Shown piece by piece: positions 41,094 through 51,923 of a DNA stretch of 64,000 nt. The DNA lies in contig DAIDHK010000001.1 of the NCBI GenBank assembly GCA_027459725.1, positions 67,411-131,410 on the forward strand. The letters are read 5' to 3'. Numbering within the stretch: the stretch's first letter is position 1; the number at the start of each line of letters is the position of its first letter. The notes under the pieces are model-generated. The model was not told the origin of the DNA, ran no database searches, and saw only the letters and a program-made list of their open reading frames with translations. Position numbers and translations under genes: made by a program. The DNA is from Candidatus Levyibacteriota bacterium. GTDB lineage: Bacteria; Patescibacteriota; Microgenomatia; Levybacterales; UBA12049.

Positions 41094-42167
41094 TTAAACG
41101 TTAGTTGATCCCTTGTAGACTTTAGGAGTTAACCAGTCTGCCGGAGGATTTGACTCCTCCATGTCTTTATGATCCTGCTGCTGATTTTTTTTCTGGTTGG
41201 ATTGCTCCTGCTGCAGTTGCTGACGGATAACCTGTTGTCTGCGCTGCAATTGCTGCTGCTGATTATTCTGAGCTGGTCTGCGTTCCTGAACTGGAGCTTC
41301 CAAGATATCCTGGGTATTTTGCTCATTAGCTGGTTTCTGGTTAAAATTACGTTGTTGCTGCATTTGACGGTTAGTGTTTTGATTTACTGGATTTTGACGA
41401 CGCTGGTTATTATTTGGTCGGGTTTGCATTTGTTCCATTGGTCTTTTTGCACCTTTGCGTAGTAATATAGCAGCAATTTCAAAAGCTAAATAACTTGTAC
41501 CTTCCTGCTGGAAGTTATTGGTAGCAGCATGAATACCATATAATAGGTTTTGTGCTGTATCAATATCAAAATCATATCCTAAAGATAACAATAAATCAGC
41601 TACCTGCTCACTAACAGAGGAAAATCGGGGAGAAACTAAGACTACATTTCCATAGTTTTCATTTTCTTCTTTGTTATCTATATTTATTACAGTAACGTTC
41701 TTCAGACTTTCCGGATTGACCAGTTGTCCCAAATCTGACAAACGGGGAGTACCTACAGTAACAAATAATCCATTTAGCGACCCTCCATGGTTATAGCGGA
41801 CATCATCTTCGGTAAATGAAAAACCCTGTTCACCTGGCTTGACAATAATATTCAAAAATCCATTGTCAAGAGTATATGAGACTTTTTCAATTTCTCCTTC
41901 GTCCTTGTACGGGAAAGATACTATTAAATCTCCACCATTTCCCTGAATAGCAGTTTTAACTTTATCAATTCCCACCAGAGATGAATGCTCAACTAAAGGA
42001 GTTTCAGGTGCAATGATATTAACTTTTTTATTAGCTTGAGTAAAGGTAAGATAAATAGAGAGAGCTGCAGCCAACTCATCCAGACTAGGCTGTTGTCTAA
42101 CTGCAATAGTGACCTGATCATGCTGATCAATAATGTCTTTAATTTGCTGTAAAGCTTGACTATCCAT
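41094..42167 (-). CDS. DHH-family-like protein (NrnA position) with degenerate catalytic motifs and a Gln/Asn-rich C-terminal tail
   Basis: The N-terminus is collinear with NrnA ('DQHDQVTIAVRQQPSLDELAAALSI' vs '[22 protein letters not shown]'), but DHH is replaced by 'NIDNKEEN' and the Asp ligands are lost. The C-terminal ~110 aa are Q/N/R low complexity. Confidence 0.45.
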   Translation of the reverse strand: MDSQALQQIKDIIDQHDQVTIAVRQQPSLDELAAALSIYLTFTQANKKVNIIAPETPLVEHSSLVGIDKVKTAIQGNGGDLIVSFPYKDEGEIEKVSYTLDNGFLNIIVKPGEQGFSFTEDDVRYNHGGSLNGLFVTVGTPRLSDLGQLVNPESLKNVTVINIDNKEENENYGNVVLVSPRFSSVSEQVADLLLSLGYDFDIDTAQNLLYGIHAATNNFQQEGTSYLAFEIAAILLRKGAKRPMEQMQTRPNNNQRRQNPVNQNTNRQMQQQRNFNQKPANEQNTQDILEAPVQERRPAQNNQQQQLQRRQQVIRQQLQQEQSNQKKNQQQDHKDMEESNPPADWLTPKVYKGSTNV

Positions 42168-42200
42168 AAGTTTATAGCTAATTAAATATATCCTATATTA

Positions 42201-43661
42201 TTAGCTATGGCATACTAACATATCTCCCAGTTGAAAGTCAAGAGGGGTAGCTAAAACAAGTCCGGCTTCATGCCCTTTTTCGACCTTGGATTGGGTATCT
42301 TTACCAACCCGCAGAGATGCTATAGTAGTTTCACCAATCGTATCCTCACCCCGCATAATCCTGATCCTATCTCCTCTGGCAACACGTCCCTCCAATACTC
42401 TGATACCAAGCGCAAACGTCTTCTCAAAAGGAAATTTAGCCATAATCTTGGCCGTGCCAAATACCTGTTCAACAGCTGCCCGTTGCCTACCTTCCAATAC
42501 ATCGGTTATCTCATCAATCATTTCATAAATAATATTGTAATTTTTTGCCAATACACGCTCAGTCATGGCTAGTTTCTGTACTTCAGCCCTGATCTTACTA
42601 TTGAAGCTGACTACAATCGCACCTGTTGATTTAGCCAGTAAAATATCAGCTTCAGATACCTCCCCTGTTTTTTTAGCCATAATCTTTACGTCTTCCGGTA
42701 GTGCATAAGTGATAGCCTCCAGAGACCCCTCCGTATCGGCACATACCACTAAAGAGACCTTCCCGCGCTCATCCTCTTTAGCCACGTATTTAAGTTCACG
42801 CTGCATGGGTGTGGCCTCCTGCTGTTGGATCTGTACAGCGTTTTCCTGACTTGTGAGAATACTACCCACCGGCAGGGCTTCACTCATTCCCAGAACCTCT
42901 ACAGCCTCTCCCACACTGACTGTGGGGATCTGCTTACCAAGAGGCGATATTAGCGTACGCACTCGGAAGTTTTGTCCGTCACATACTACGTCATCACGCA
43001 TGTTCAGAGTCCCATTTTTTACTACAATTGTGGCCTTAGCGCCCACCTTAGGATCACGCTTAGATTCGATCACAATCCCCAGCAAAGGGGCATTCGCTTT
43101 GATAGCAGTATTTGTAGACTGCATATCAAAAGAGAGCAAAATGAGATCGAGTAACTCCTTGATATTGTGGTTTGTTTTAGCTGACACTTCCAGAAAAGGT
43201 ACATCGCCGCCCAAACCTTCCAATAACACATTTTCGCGCAGTAACTGTTGTTTTACTTTTTCAATCTGTGCTCCAGGTAAGTCAGATTTGGTTAAAGCAA
43301 CGATAAACGGCAGTTTCTCCTGATGCAGTAGGTGAATACTTTCTCTGGTTTGCGGCATTACACCATCAGCTAAAGAGACTACTAAAATACCGATATCAGC
43401 TGCCTGTGCTCCACGGCTGCGCATGGAGGTAAATGCCTCGTGGCCGGGAGTATCTATAAAAGTTATCTGTCTTTTCTGTCCTTCATAAACAATCTCTATT
43501 GAAGAAGCTCCAATTTTCTGCGTAATACCGCCAAATTCTCTTTGCGCGATTGAAGTTTTGCGGATTGCATCCAGCAATGTCGTCTTACCATGATCGACAT
43601 GGCCAAGAACTGTTACTACCGGAGGGAATTGATTGATATGTTTGATGTCCTGATTTGCCAT
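42201..43661 (-). CDS. infB: translation initiation factor IF-2, minimal form (no N-terminal extension)
   Basis: '[22 protein letters not shown]...[28 protein letters not shown]' G-domain plus domains II/C1/C2; 486 aa. Confidence 0.92.
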   Translation of the reverse strand: MANQDIKHINQFPPVVTVLGHVDHGKTTLLDAIRKTSIAQREFGGITQKIGASSIEIVYEGQKRQITFIDTPGHEAFTSMRSRGAQAADIGILVVSLADGVMPQTRESIHLLHQEKLPFIVALTKSDLPGAQIEKVKQQLLRENVLLEGLGGDVPFLEVSAKTNHNIKELLDLILLSFDMQSTNTAIKANAPLLGIVIESKRDPKVGAKATIVVKNGTLNMRDDVVCDGQNFRVRTLISPLGKQIPTVSVGEAVEVLGMSEALPVGSILTSQENAVQIQQQEATPMQRELKYVAKEDERGKVSLVVCADTEGSLEAITYALPEDVKIMAKKTGEVSEADILLAKSTGAIVVSFNSKIRAEVQKLAMTERVLAKNYNIIYEMIDEITDVLEGRQRAAVEQVFGTAKIMAKFPFEKTFALGIRVLEGRVARGDRIRIMRGEDTIGETTIASLRVGKDTQSKVEKGHEAGLVLATPLDFQLGDMLVCHS

Positions 43662-43755
43662 ATGTTTTATGTCCTTTCATATTACTAATTTTCATTTAAA
43701 CTTAAACCTCTTTAGTCTATTAAAATTGAAAATTGTAAAGTAAATACTTATGAAG

Positions 43756-44892
43756 TTACTCAGTTGCCTTGCTTTCTTCTACTGGAGTCACTTGCTCTCC
43801 TTTATGCTCTACGTCTTCCTGGGCTTCTTTGGCTTCAGATGGATCATTAACTGCTTGATGAATTTCCTGTGTTACTGCTGCCGCATTAGCTTCTTTTTCA
43901 CTTTGTTCTTCTGCTTTTTCTGCTACAACCTCCTCGGCTGGCTCCTCCTGTCCAGCAATCTCGATACGATAGCCAGTCAATTTAGAAGCTAAACGAACAT
44001 TTTGACCTTCTTTACCGATAGCCAAAGACAATTCATCCTTAGGAACTGAGACCTGGGCAACCTTGTCAGCTTCGTTAATTTGAGCAATGACATGTTTGGC
44101 GGGTGATAAAGCCTGAGCAACATACAAAGCTGGATCATCCTGCCATTGAATAATATCTATTTTTTCCACACCATTAAATTCCTGAATAATGGCCTGAATA
44201 CGAACACCCTTCTGACCAACACATGAACCTACTGGATCAATACCGGACTGATTGGAATATACAGCTACTTTGGAACGATTGCCCGGCTCGCGAACAATGG
44301 CTTTAATTTCAACACTGCCTTGCGCAACTTCAGGTACTTCGCGCTTGAATAGACCCTCAAGCAGACCATTGTCAGAGCGGGAAACAATAATTTCATCCCC
44401 ACGTGGACCCGGTTTAATTTCTTTCAGATAAACCGACAATCTCTGATTTAAATTATATTTCTCATTTTGAATTTGTTCGTGTGGCGGCATAACCCCTTCT
44501 GCTTTGCCGACATCGATAATCACATTGGGACCAGCAAAACGGAGAACCATTCCATTAACGACTGTACCCATACGAACTTTATAATCTGTTAAAATTGCTT
44601 CTTTTTCCCTTTCCCGAATTTTTTGTAAAATAATTTGTTTGGCGGTTTGTGCTGCAATGCGACCAAAACCCGGAGGAGTAACATCTTCTTTATCATGAAA
44701 AATTTTTGCTTCACCCGTATTAGGATCTAATTCGGCTGAATATTCTTCTGCCACAATATCCGGATGATCTTTGCGATATGCAGCCAGAATAGCAGCATTT
44801 ACAGTTTCTAAAACTACAGAAACATCCAAACCTCTCTCCGAGGCAACTTGATTTAAAGCTAACGCAAATTCAGATCTTTGTATTGCTGGCAT
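43756..44892 (-). CDS. nusA: transcription termination/antitermination factor NusA with acidic C-terminal extension
   Basis: N-terminal domain plus S1 plus two KH domains ('GPNVIIDVGKAEGVMPPHEQI', 'AIGKEGQNVRLASKLTG'). Confidence 0.92.
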   Translation of the reverse strand: MPAIQRSEFALALNQVASERGLDVSVVLETVNAAILAAYRKDHPDIVAEEYSAELDPNTGEAKIFHDKEDVTPPGFGRIAAQTAKQIILQKIREREKEAILTDYKVRMGTVVNGMVLRFAGPNVIIDVGKAEGVMPPHEQIQNEKYNLNQRLSVYLKEIKPGPRGDEIIVSRSDNGLLEGLFKREVPEVAQGSVEIKAIVREPGNRSKVAVYSNQSGIDPVGSCVGQKGVRIQAIIQEFNGVEKIDIIQWQDDPALYVAQALSPAKHVIAQINEADKVAQVSVPKDELSLAIGKEGQNVRLASKLTGYRIEIAGQEEPAEEVVAEKAEEQSEKEANAAAVTQEIHQAVNDPSEAKEAQEDVEHKGEQVTPVEESKATE

Positions 44893-44961
44893 ACGAAGTT
44901 AGTATATCAGATTGAGGCCACATGATCAACCAGTATATATAACTTGAAGCGAGATTAAAAA

Positions 44962-46323
44962 TTGATTAAACTAAGGAAAGTGAAATCTATTTTAATCCTG
45001 TTAATCGTGTTGATAGTAGCCGCAGCTGTTTCGTTAAGCGGAGGATTTAGTTCATTTTTACAAAGCGGCAATCAGGCCAGTCTTACCAGCGCAATTACCA
45101 TTACAGGAACTTCAACCGGATCAAACAGTTCGACAACTCTTAATGATACTTCCAAAAGCTTTACTCCAGGATCATTGGTAGGAGATACTATTACTATCAA
45201 TTCCGGTACCGGTGCTGGGCAGTCAGCAACTATTACTTCCAATACTAACAACCAAGTTACGATTGACAAACCCTGGACTACTACACCAGACACCTCTTCT
45301 AATTATACAATCACACCACCCGGAACAGGGGGATCAGCCAGCAGCGGCGGAATAGTTGTTGTTCCACCCCCCAATCAGAACGGCAAACAGTTACAGTTAA
45401 ATACCTTTGAGATGATTACTTTAACACCAACCTCAGCACCTACGCCAGCAACTGCTTGCGTATCTACAGATGGACCCAGAAACTCCAATTGTTCGTGTAC
45501 TACCCCGAGCGTCATCGCTGTTACCTGCAATGTTGGTAATACTAACCCTTCTGTTTTTAATGGGATTGGAGTTAATGAAACTTGCCCAGATGGAGGTGTT
45601 CCATGTGCGGATGTAAAACCAAAATATTATGCAGGTATAAGTTGCACTCCAACAAGCTGCGTATACCTTAAAAATACCTTAGTCATTCCTGGAGGTAGTA
45701 CGTTACCAGCAAGCCCAAGTTATTCAAAATATGAGAATTGTACAGGTGTGGCAAATGTTTGTTTTGATAAACCAGTCATTTACTTATATTCTGATCATGT
45801 CATAAATCATGTTTCTGTAAAACTAAATATTCCAGGAATTATTACTAAAAGTATTCCATCATACCCCGAAACTGGATGGAATAATATAACAGTTATACCT
45901 GGAGGTATAATAAATTATGATAATAAGATCTATAATGAATTATTCTATGAAACTAGCGTAAAAAAAACTCCTCAGTTAACCACAGGTTACGTATATTCTA
46001 CTAAAAATTTGCCAATCGAGTTAAATAATTTAACAACTAGACTAGGATTAAAACAATCAGAAAAGGAAGAATTTCTGAATTATTGGATGCCAAAGTTATA
46101 TGCATTAAATAAACCATATATATACGTTGGGATTCTTTTTGCAAAAGAAAAAGAACAAGTAGATAATGTTATTATCTCTCCAGAACCTGATACGACTATC
46201 TCTTTCTTGACCATATTTAAAGGATTAAGTACAGAAATCTTAGTCAAACAACCCACTCTTCCTAATATCCCCACAAGAAAAGGATTTGTCATGGTTGAAT
46301 GGGGAGGCGCAATAGAAAACTAA
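44962..46323 (+). CDS. secreted/membrane-anchored protein with Ser/Thr-rich region, Cys-rich central domain and conserved C-terminal domain
   Basis: Signal anchor 'ILILLIVLIVAAAVSL'; about 14 Cys between residues 165-260; no recognisable catalytic motif. Confidence 0.45.
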   Translation: MIKLRKVKSILILLIVLIVAAAVSLSGGFSSFLQSGNQASLTSAITITGTSTGSNSSTTLNDTSKSFTPGSLVGDTITINSGTGAGQSATITSNTNNQVTIDKPWTTTPDTSSNYTITPPGTGGSASSGGIVVVPPPNQNGKQLQLNTFEMITLTPTSAPTPATACVSTDGPRNSNCSCTTPSVIAVTCNVGNTNPSVFNGIGVNETCPDGGVPCADVKPKYYAGISCTPTSCVYLKNTLVIPGGSTLPASPSYSKYENCTGVANVCFDKPVIYLYSDHVINHVSVKLNIPGIITKSIPSYPETGWNNITVIPGGIINYDNKIYNELFYETSVKKTPQLTTGYVYSTKNLPIELNNLTTRLGLKQSEKEEFLNYWMPKLYALNKPYIYVGILFAKEKEQVDNVIISPEPDTTISFLTIFKGLSTEILVKQPTLPNIPTRKGFVMVEWGGAIEN

Positions 46324-46982
46324 ATTATTTTTAATGAAGATAAGATCTTATTTACTGTATTTTTATCATTTTGTCTAGTATTTTCAATAGAAAATGAGGT
46401 TTGAATAATAAATTGAATGTTATTACTTTCTAGGTAATAGACACTAGTTTGTAGCTTACCATAAGACTGACCATCAATAACTGGCCCGTTAATAATACTT
46501 GAAGAAAAGTCTGCTTGTTTACCACCAATATTTTTTTGCGTGTAGTCTATCTTAGTGTTTAGAGCAACTTCTTCTCTCTGTTTTAAACTTTCTGTGGAAT
46601 TCACGATTTCTATAATCTTGATAAAAGGTGAGATTGGGTCATAATTCCCATTTTGGACAGGAGACAGCTTTATAATTTTATATCCACTCAAAGATTCATC
46701 CTGAATAGTCCAATTTTGAGGATATTTTAGTGAATATATATCACCTGAGTATTGTTTCCAGTCATTAGTAGCACTAGAGGAAACAACTCCAGCTGAAATA
46801 GCCGGATTATTAGAAGTTACTGAATTATTGATTGTAGGATTGTTGGAGGGTGAGTTAGCGCTATTTTCAGATATACTTGAATTAGATTGCTTAGGAGAGG
46901 TCGAGTACCTTAATATGATAGAAAATAAAGCTACTAGAATTAATATAAATATACCTACAAAAACCAAAATTTTTTTATTCAT
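46320..46982 (-). CDS. membrane-anchored extracellular protein (last gene of the Clp/M4 operon)
   Basis: N-terminal TM 'ILVFVGIFILILVALFSIIL'; Ser/Asn-rich linker; C-terminal ~140 aa globular domain. Only 4 nt downstream of the TM-Clp gene. Confidence 0.45.
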   Translation of the reverse strand: MNKKILVFVGIFILILVALFSIILRYSTSPKQSNSSISENSANSPSNNPTINNSVTSNNPAISAGVVSSSATNDWKQYSGDIYSLKYPQNWTIQDESLSGYKIIKLSPVQNGNYDPISPFIKIIEIVNSTESLKQREEVALNTKIDYTQKNIGGKQADFSSSIINGPVIDGQSYGKLQTSVYYLESNNIQFIIQTSFSIENTRQNDKNTVNKILSSLKII

Positions 46983-46986
46983 AAAG

Positions 46987-49392
46987 TCACTTTGTTAAAA
47001 CAATCTGTCCACTGGCATCGACATTTAAAACGATCTTATCTCCCCTTTTAATCTGATCCTGAAGTTTTGCTTTTGCCAATAAGTCTTCTATATTATCCTG
47101 AATATACCTTCTCATCGGACGAGCTCCAAATTCAACGTCAGCACCTTCTTTAACAATTTTATCTATAACAACCTCGCTAAATGATAGACCAATATCCTGC
47201 TGTGCCATTTGACCAATAATGTCATTTAAAATTAACTGCACAATTTGCTTTAATTCCACAGGACCAAGTGGAGTAAAGGTAATAACATCATCAAAACGGT
47301 TTAGTAGTTCAGGACGGAAAATCTGATTTTGCTGCAGATATTCTAACAGCTTTTGCTGAAACACTTTATCTATTTTCTGTCCTGACACAACATTTTCACG
47401 AACAAATTCTGCTCCTGCATTTGAGGTGGCAATAATAATACTGTTCACAAAAGTAACCGTATGGCCTTTATTATCTGTCAAACGTCCATCTTCTAATACC
47501 TGCAAAAACAAATCAAGAATTTTAGGATGAGCTTTCTCAAATTCATCCAGCAAAACTAAAGAAAACGGATGATCATGAATTTTATCAGTCAGTTCGCCTC
47601 TTTCATTCCCCTCTCCGGGGGCTGAACCAAGTAGTCTTCTCTCTCCATCAATATCGGAGTACTCAGACATGTCCAGACGAATCATATTCTGTTCGCCGCC
47701 AAAATATACCGAAGCTAAGGCTTTAGCTGTTTCTGATTTGCCGACTCCAGTTGGCCCTAAGAAAAGGAAAGAAATGGGTCTATTCTGTGTAGTTAGGCCT
47801 GAGCGTAAACGCCTAAGTGCCTCAGCAATGGCCGAGATAGCCTGCGTCTGATCAATAACCTTTTCATGAATTTTATCTTCCAAATGCAATAATAATTCTT
47901 TTTCCTCTTTGGTAGGAGCACCTACATTAACCTGAGTTTTTAAACTGATTTGTGCCTCGATGTCACTGGCTAATACTACTTTTTGTCTTGACTTACCCAG
48001 ATAATGAGATTGTGAAGAAATTGCCACACTATTAGCCGCATCGTTGAGTAAGTTAACAGCACTACCTGGCAGCACCGCATCCTGCTCGTAACGGTCAGCC
48101 AGGTTAATAGCAGTCAGTACTGCATGATAAGTCATTATCACACCATTTTTATTTTCTATATCATCTGTTTTGGCAATTAGCATTTGCGTCGCAATATCTT
48201 TACTGGGTTCAAGAATATTGATTAAGGTAAACACTTCATGGAGTGGATTCTGCTGCATGTAAGTTTTGTAATTACCGGGTGACATACTGGCAATTACCGG
48301 CAGAAAGCCAGACTGTAAATAGGGCAACAGAGCGCCGGACAAATCTATAGCATAAGAACTTGCTCCCATCAAATTTTCAAAATCAGGAATATACAAAATT
48401 ACATTTCTGGCATGTGAGACTTCGGCTACGATCGATTCTAAACGAAGCTCTAAGTCACTACGGTCTTGCGCTCCGGCAATAAGCGGACCCACCATAAGCT
48501 GTAAAATCTTCTTATGATTAAGAAAGCCTGAAAGATGAGAGTAATAACTATCATTGGCCAACTCAGCCACCAGATTTTCTTTCCCTACACCATCTTCGCC
48601 CACCAGTAACACATTATTGTTTTCCCTTTTGCTCAGTGCTTCTAAAAGCGCTCTATATTGATCTTCTCTTCCTATTAAAAACGGTTCTATATCACGATAA
48701 CTAAAGTCCTGTGTATAATTTTTAGTCTCCGGGGTCCAACCATTTACAATCCCTTCGCCTATTCCTTCACCGGTAAAATTCATTCTAATTGGTCTGGGGA
48801 ACTCTTCGTTTTTAAATTTATAACGAGCCCATAATAATATTTGAAGTAGTTCCTCCTGTTTAATTTCATGATTGAAAAGTGTTTTGGTCTGATCTTCGCT
48901 CAAGAGCAAATAAGCAACCAGAGCGTCCATAGTAGTAATATAACTTCCGCCTATTTTCTCTACAATTTCTGCCGCTTTAGCAATAATTTGATCTGTGGGG
49001 ATATCTAGAACTTTAATATCCTCAACTGGTATCGCTGATTTTTCTAATACAAAAGACACGGTGGGAGTTTTTAATAATTTGTAAATAAATTTTTGCAATG
49101 TAATTGCAGAAAACAAAATTTGTAATAAATCTTTACTGCTAGACAGTGTCCATTTACCTTTATCATTTCTATTTACAGGTAGATAAGGATGAGATAAGTA
49201 GACATGAAAACGAAAAAATATTTCACAGATCAGAAACCATACAAAAACAAATAACGGCAAGCTAACTGGAAGTTTATGATTTAACTGGTTGAGAAAAAGT
49301 AAAATCACAAATACAAAGACTAATGTTCTGACAGACCGCAATAGCGCAGATGTATATATAATCTTTAATTTAACTAAACCTTCAATATTCAT
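46987..49392 (-). CDS. membrane-anchored Clp/Hsp100-family AAA+ ATPase with degenerate D1 and intact D2; no ClpP-docking loop
   Basis: Two N-terminal TM helices ('TLVFVFVILLFLNQL', 'LPLFVFVWFLICEIFF'), then a Clp_N-like repeat. D1 Walker A 'GEDGVGKEN' (canonical GEPGVGKT) and Walker B 'ILYIPDFEN' (canonical ILFIDELH) have lost catalytic residues. D2 is intact: 'FLGPTGVGKSETAKALA', '[29 protein letters not shown]', 'ATSN', 'GARPMRR'. No [ILV]G[FL] loop and no M-domain. Confidence 0.8.
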   Translation of the reverse strand: MNIEGLVKLKIIYTSALLRSVRTLVFVFVILLFLNQLNHKLPVSLPLFVFVWFLICEIFFRFHVYLSHPYLPVNRNDKGKWTLSSSKDLLQILFSAITLQKFIYKLLKTPTVSFVLEKSAIPVEDIKVLDIPTDQIIAKAAEIVEKIGGSYITTMDALVAYLLLSEDQTKTLFNHEIKQEELLQILLWARYKFKNEEFPRPIRMNFTGEGIGEGIVNGWTPETKNYTQDFSYRDIEPFLIGREDQYRALLEALSKRENNNVLLVGEDGVGKENLVAELANDSYYSHLSGFLNHKKILQLMVGPLIAGAQDRSDLELRLESIVAEVSHARNVILYIPDFENLMGASSYAIDLSGALLPYLQSGFLPVIASMSPGNYKTYMQQNPLHEVFTLINILEPSKDIATQMLIAKTDDIENKNGVIMTYHAVLTAINLADRYEQDAVLPGSAVNLLNDAANSVAISSQSHYLGKSRQKVVLASDIEAQISLKTQVNVGAPTKEEKELLLHLEDKIHEKVIDQTQAISAIAEALRRLRSGLTTQNRPISFLFLGPTGVGKSETAKALASVYFGGEQNMIRLDMSEYSDIDGERRLLGSAPGEGNERGELTDKIHDHPFSLVLLDEFEKAHPKILDLFLQVLEDGRLTDNKGHTVTFVNSIIIATSNAGAEFVRENVVSGQKIDKVFQQKLLEYLQQNQIFRPELLNRFDDVITFTPLGPVELKQIVQLILNDIIGQMAQQDIGLSFSEVVIDKIVKEGADVEFGARPMRRYIQDNIEDLLAKAKLQDQIKRGDKIVLNVDASGQIVLTK

Positions 49393-49721
49393 AGCTTAAT
49401 GAAAAATAAAAGAAATGAAAAAACTGGTAACAGGACAAAAACGCATATAAACATAAATTCAGCGCACAATAAAACCAACAACAGCAACAAGGAAATTAAA
49501 ATAAGAGCTGTCTTCACAAAAATCCCCATGCCGATAGAAAATCCTACCAGACCCTGCCTGTATTCATTTTTAATAGGTTGAAAAAAAGTTCTTAACAATA
49601 ACCCGACAGAAAACATACGTAAGAAGGAGGAATTAAGTGAAGAAAAATACGACAACAGTCCAAGCGGAGCATTTACATACCAGAATTTCAAAAACTCAAC
49701 CGGCAACAGTGAATATTGCAT
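49389..49721 (-). CDS. small polytopic membrane protein
   Basis: 110 aa, three predicted hydrophobic segments. Its stop overlaps the TM-Clp start (translational coupling). Fills the gap downstream of the M4 protease. Confidence 0.4.
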   Translation of the reverse strand: MQYSLLPVEFLKFWYVNAPLGLLSYFSSLNSSFLRMFSVGLLLRTFFQPIKNEYRQGLVGFSIGMGIFVKTALILISLLLLLVLLCAEFMFICVFVLLPVFSFLLFFIKL

Positions 49722-49781
49722 ACTAGTCTAGCATAGAAAGTTTAGTTCAAAAAAGCAAACCAGCTCAAGCCAAAGATACTT

Positions 49782-51863
49782 CTACTGACATGCAAAAGTA
49801 CACAACTGCAATCCCCCTGCTCCATGTGAACATTTACTGACGACCTTACATCCCGGCAAAGCCATGTTTGCCTGATTTAATAAACCAGACGGGACCTTCC
49901 ACTCAATCAAATAGTTGCCAGTTTGTGAGATAGTTGTTGAATAAGGTCCAATGGTTATGCCATCGGGTAATTGAGCTGTCAGCTGCAATTGTCCAAAACT
50001 AAAATCAGAAAAATCAACCGCTCCAGTGAGACTCGTAACACCTGTAAACTGCTGACCGCCAGAACTTAAAGTCAAGTTTACATTCGATATACCCTCATTA
50101 CCATCATAATATCCGTTGCCATTAAGATCGTTATAGACGATAACATGTAAAGATAAATCCGCTGAGGGAGTACCTGTAAGACTAACTGTACCATTTGGAC
50201 TCACAGTTGGAGATGGTGAGACTCCTTTTGTCGACAGAGGCTGACTGCTGCATGCAGGAGCAACTTCAGTTCTATTTAAACATACAGCTCCCTGCTGTGT
50301 ATTAACCGGTTGCTGATCCATCTCAGTAGCCTGTAAAGCTTTTTCAACATTAACACAAGTATTAGAGTACCCTCCATATAAATCATTACAGGCTAACAGC
50401 ATGTCAATATACATATCGGAAAAATTTGCTGAAGGAATTAAATAATGAGTTAGCGCCCGATATTGAATCTGATAACTGGCACTGCCTATACCATCAATCT
50501 GACAGCCGTTAAAACTTCCTCCCTCAGTCATCAAATAAAAAGCTTTATTCATCACACCCTCGTTGGAATGAACTCCTCCACTGTCTTGAGTATCACAGAT
50601 ATACAACGGAGAAAAAAGTTTATCCGGCTGACCAGTAAGTGTAGGATCATTCAGATATCTAAAAGGTGTTTTAACTCCCGCAATATGAACATCCGCTCCT
50701 ATTGACCAGTTATGATCAATGCCGGTAGCAAAAATATCTGAATTGCTTTCATTTAATGCTCCTGACTGATAGCTATAAATTAATCCTGCAGTGTAATGAG
50801 TTACCGCATGCGTTAATTCATGTGTGACGATGTCCAAAACATCCATACCGGCACATAATTCAATCCCACCGTCTACATAAGCTGAATTAGGACAGGGGAA
50901 TCCCGCAATATCAGCTCTGTTCACATAACCAAAAAGGGTTGCACCTTTATTATCTATACTGTCGCGGTTAAAATTGTTTAGATAAAACTGGTATACCTGC
51001 CCGAAAATATCATAAAGTTTATTGACGTCAGTGTTCATGGAGGGGGGCTGACCCTCTGTACGACTCACTACGCAATTATCAGAGTTGTTACAGTTGCTGA
51101 TGTTGCGGGCTAAAAGTGTTTCTACCTGATTTTCCTGGTAAACAATTTTTCCACTGGTTAAGTCAATAAAATAACGTGTAGCAAAATCCGGTGGTTTGTT
51201 CGATGTAGTTATTAAAACAGCTAAAACATGATAGGTAGTGCCATTATTGCTCAGGCCTAAAGCCTGCAGATTTAATAAGTACTCATTATCATTAGCAACC
51301 TTTAAATTTAAATGAGGATTATCCTTTCTTGCCTGGTTTAAGGCAATCATTTCAGCTTTCTCCCGGTTGATTTGGGTACTCAAAGTAGCAGGTTGCTTAG
51401 TAACCACTACCCCCGAAGCAGCATATATCTCGTCCACATGCTGAATGTGAACCGCGATAATCCCATCATAAACAGGTATATTATCTATGGTTTGCTGATA
51501 AAAATAATGTTCGGTGCCTGGTAGATAGTAGGTAGGACTTTGCTGGTCAACCAAGCTTCTCTGTAAAACAACCTTGGAATAACTATTTAAACCATTCCCA
51601 AAAATCCCGTTAGGATTTGCGCTAATAAAATCTAATGCTGCTGCCTCCCCCTGCTGATTTGATTTATATAAATAACCATTTTCAGTGTACAAGGAAAAAG
51701 CATTATCATTGCTATGTGTAACAGTATAAGAATCTTTGCCTAATATCTGAGGACTGATCCTAATCTGACTGACAAAATATGTTATTAAAGTAACTAATAT
51801 AAGTAATACGAAAGCTTCGACTAACCAGTATCTTCTCAAATACTTTAAAACCTTTTCTCTCAT
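49782..51863 (-). CDS. secreted M4 (thermolysin-like) zinc metalloprotease with N-terminal signal anchor/propeptide and C-terminal beta-rich extension
   Basis: '[33 protein letters not shown]' = HEXXH plus the downstream Glu ligand. '[17 protein letters not shown]' and '[16 protein letters not shown]' are collinear with thermolysin ('[34 protein letters not shown]...GGVHINSGIINKAAYLI'). Confidence 0.85.
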   Translation of the reverse strand: [693 protein letters not shown]

Positions 51864-51923
51864 ATTCTTATCATACAGGATTCTAGATTAGAGATAAAAT
51901 TAATGTCAAACCACCGTGATATT

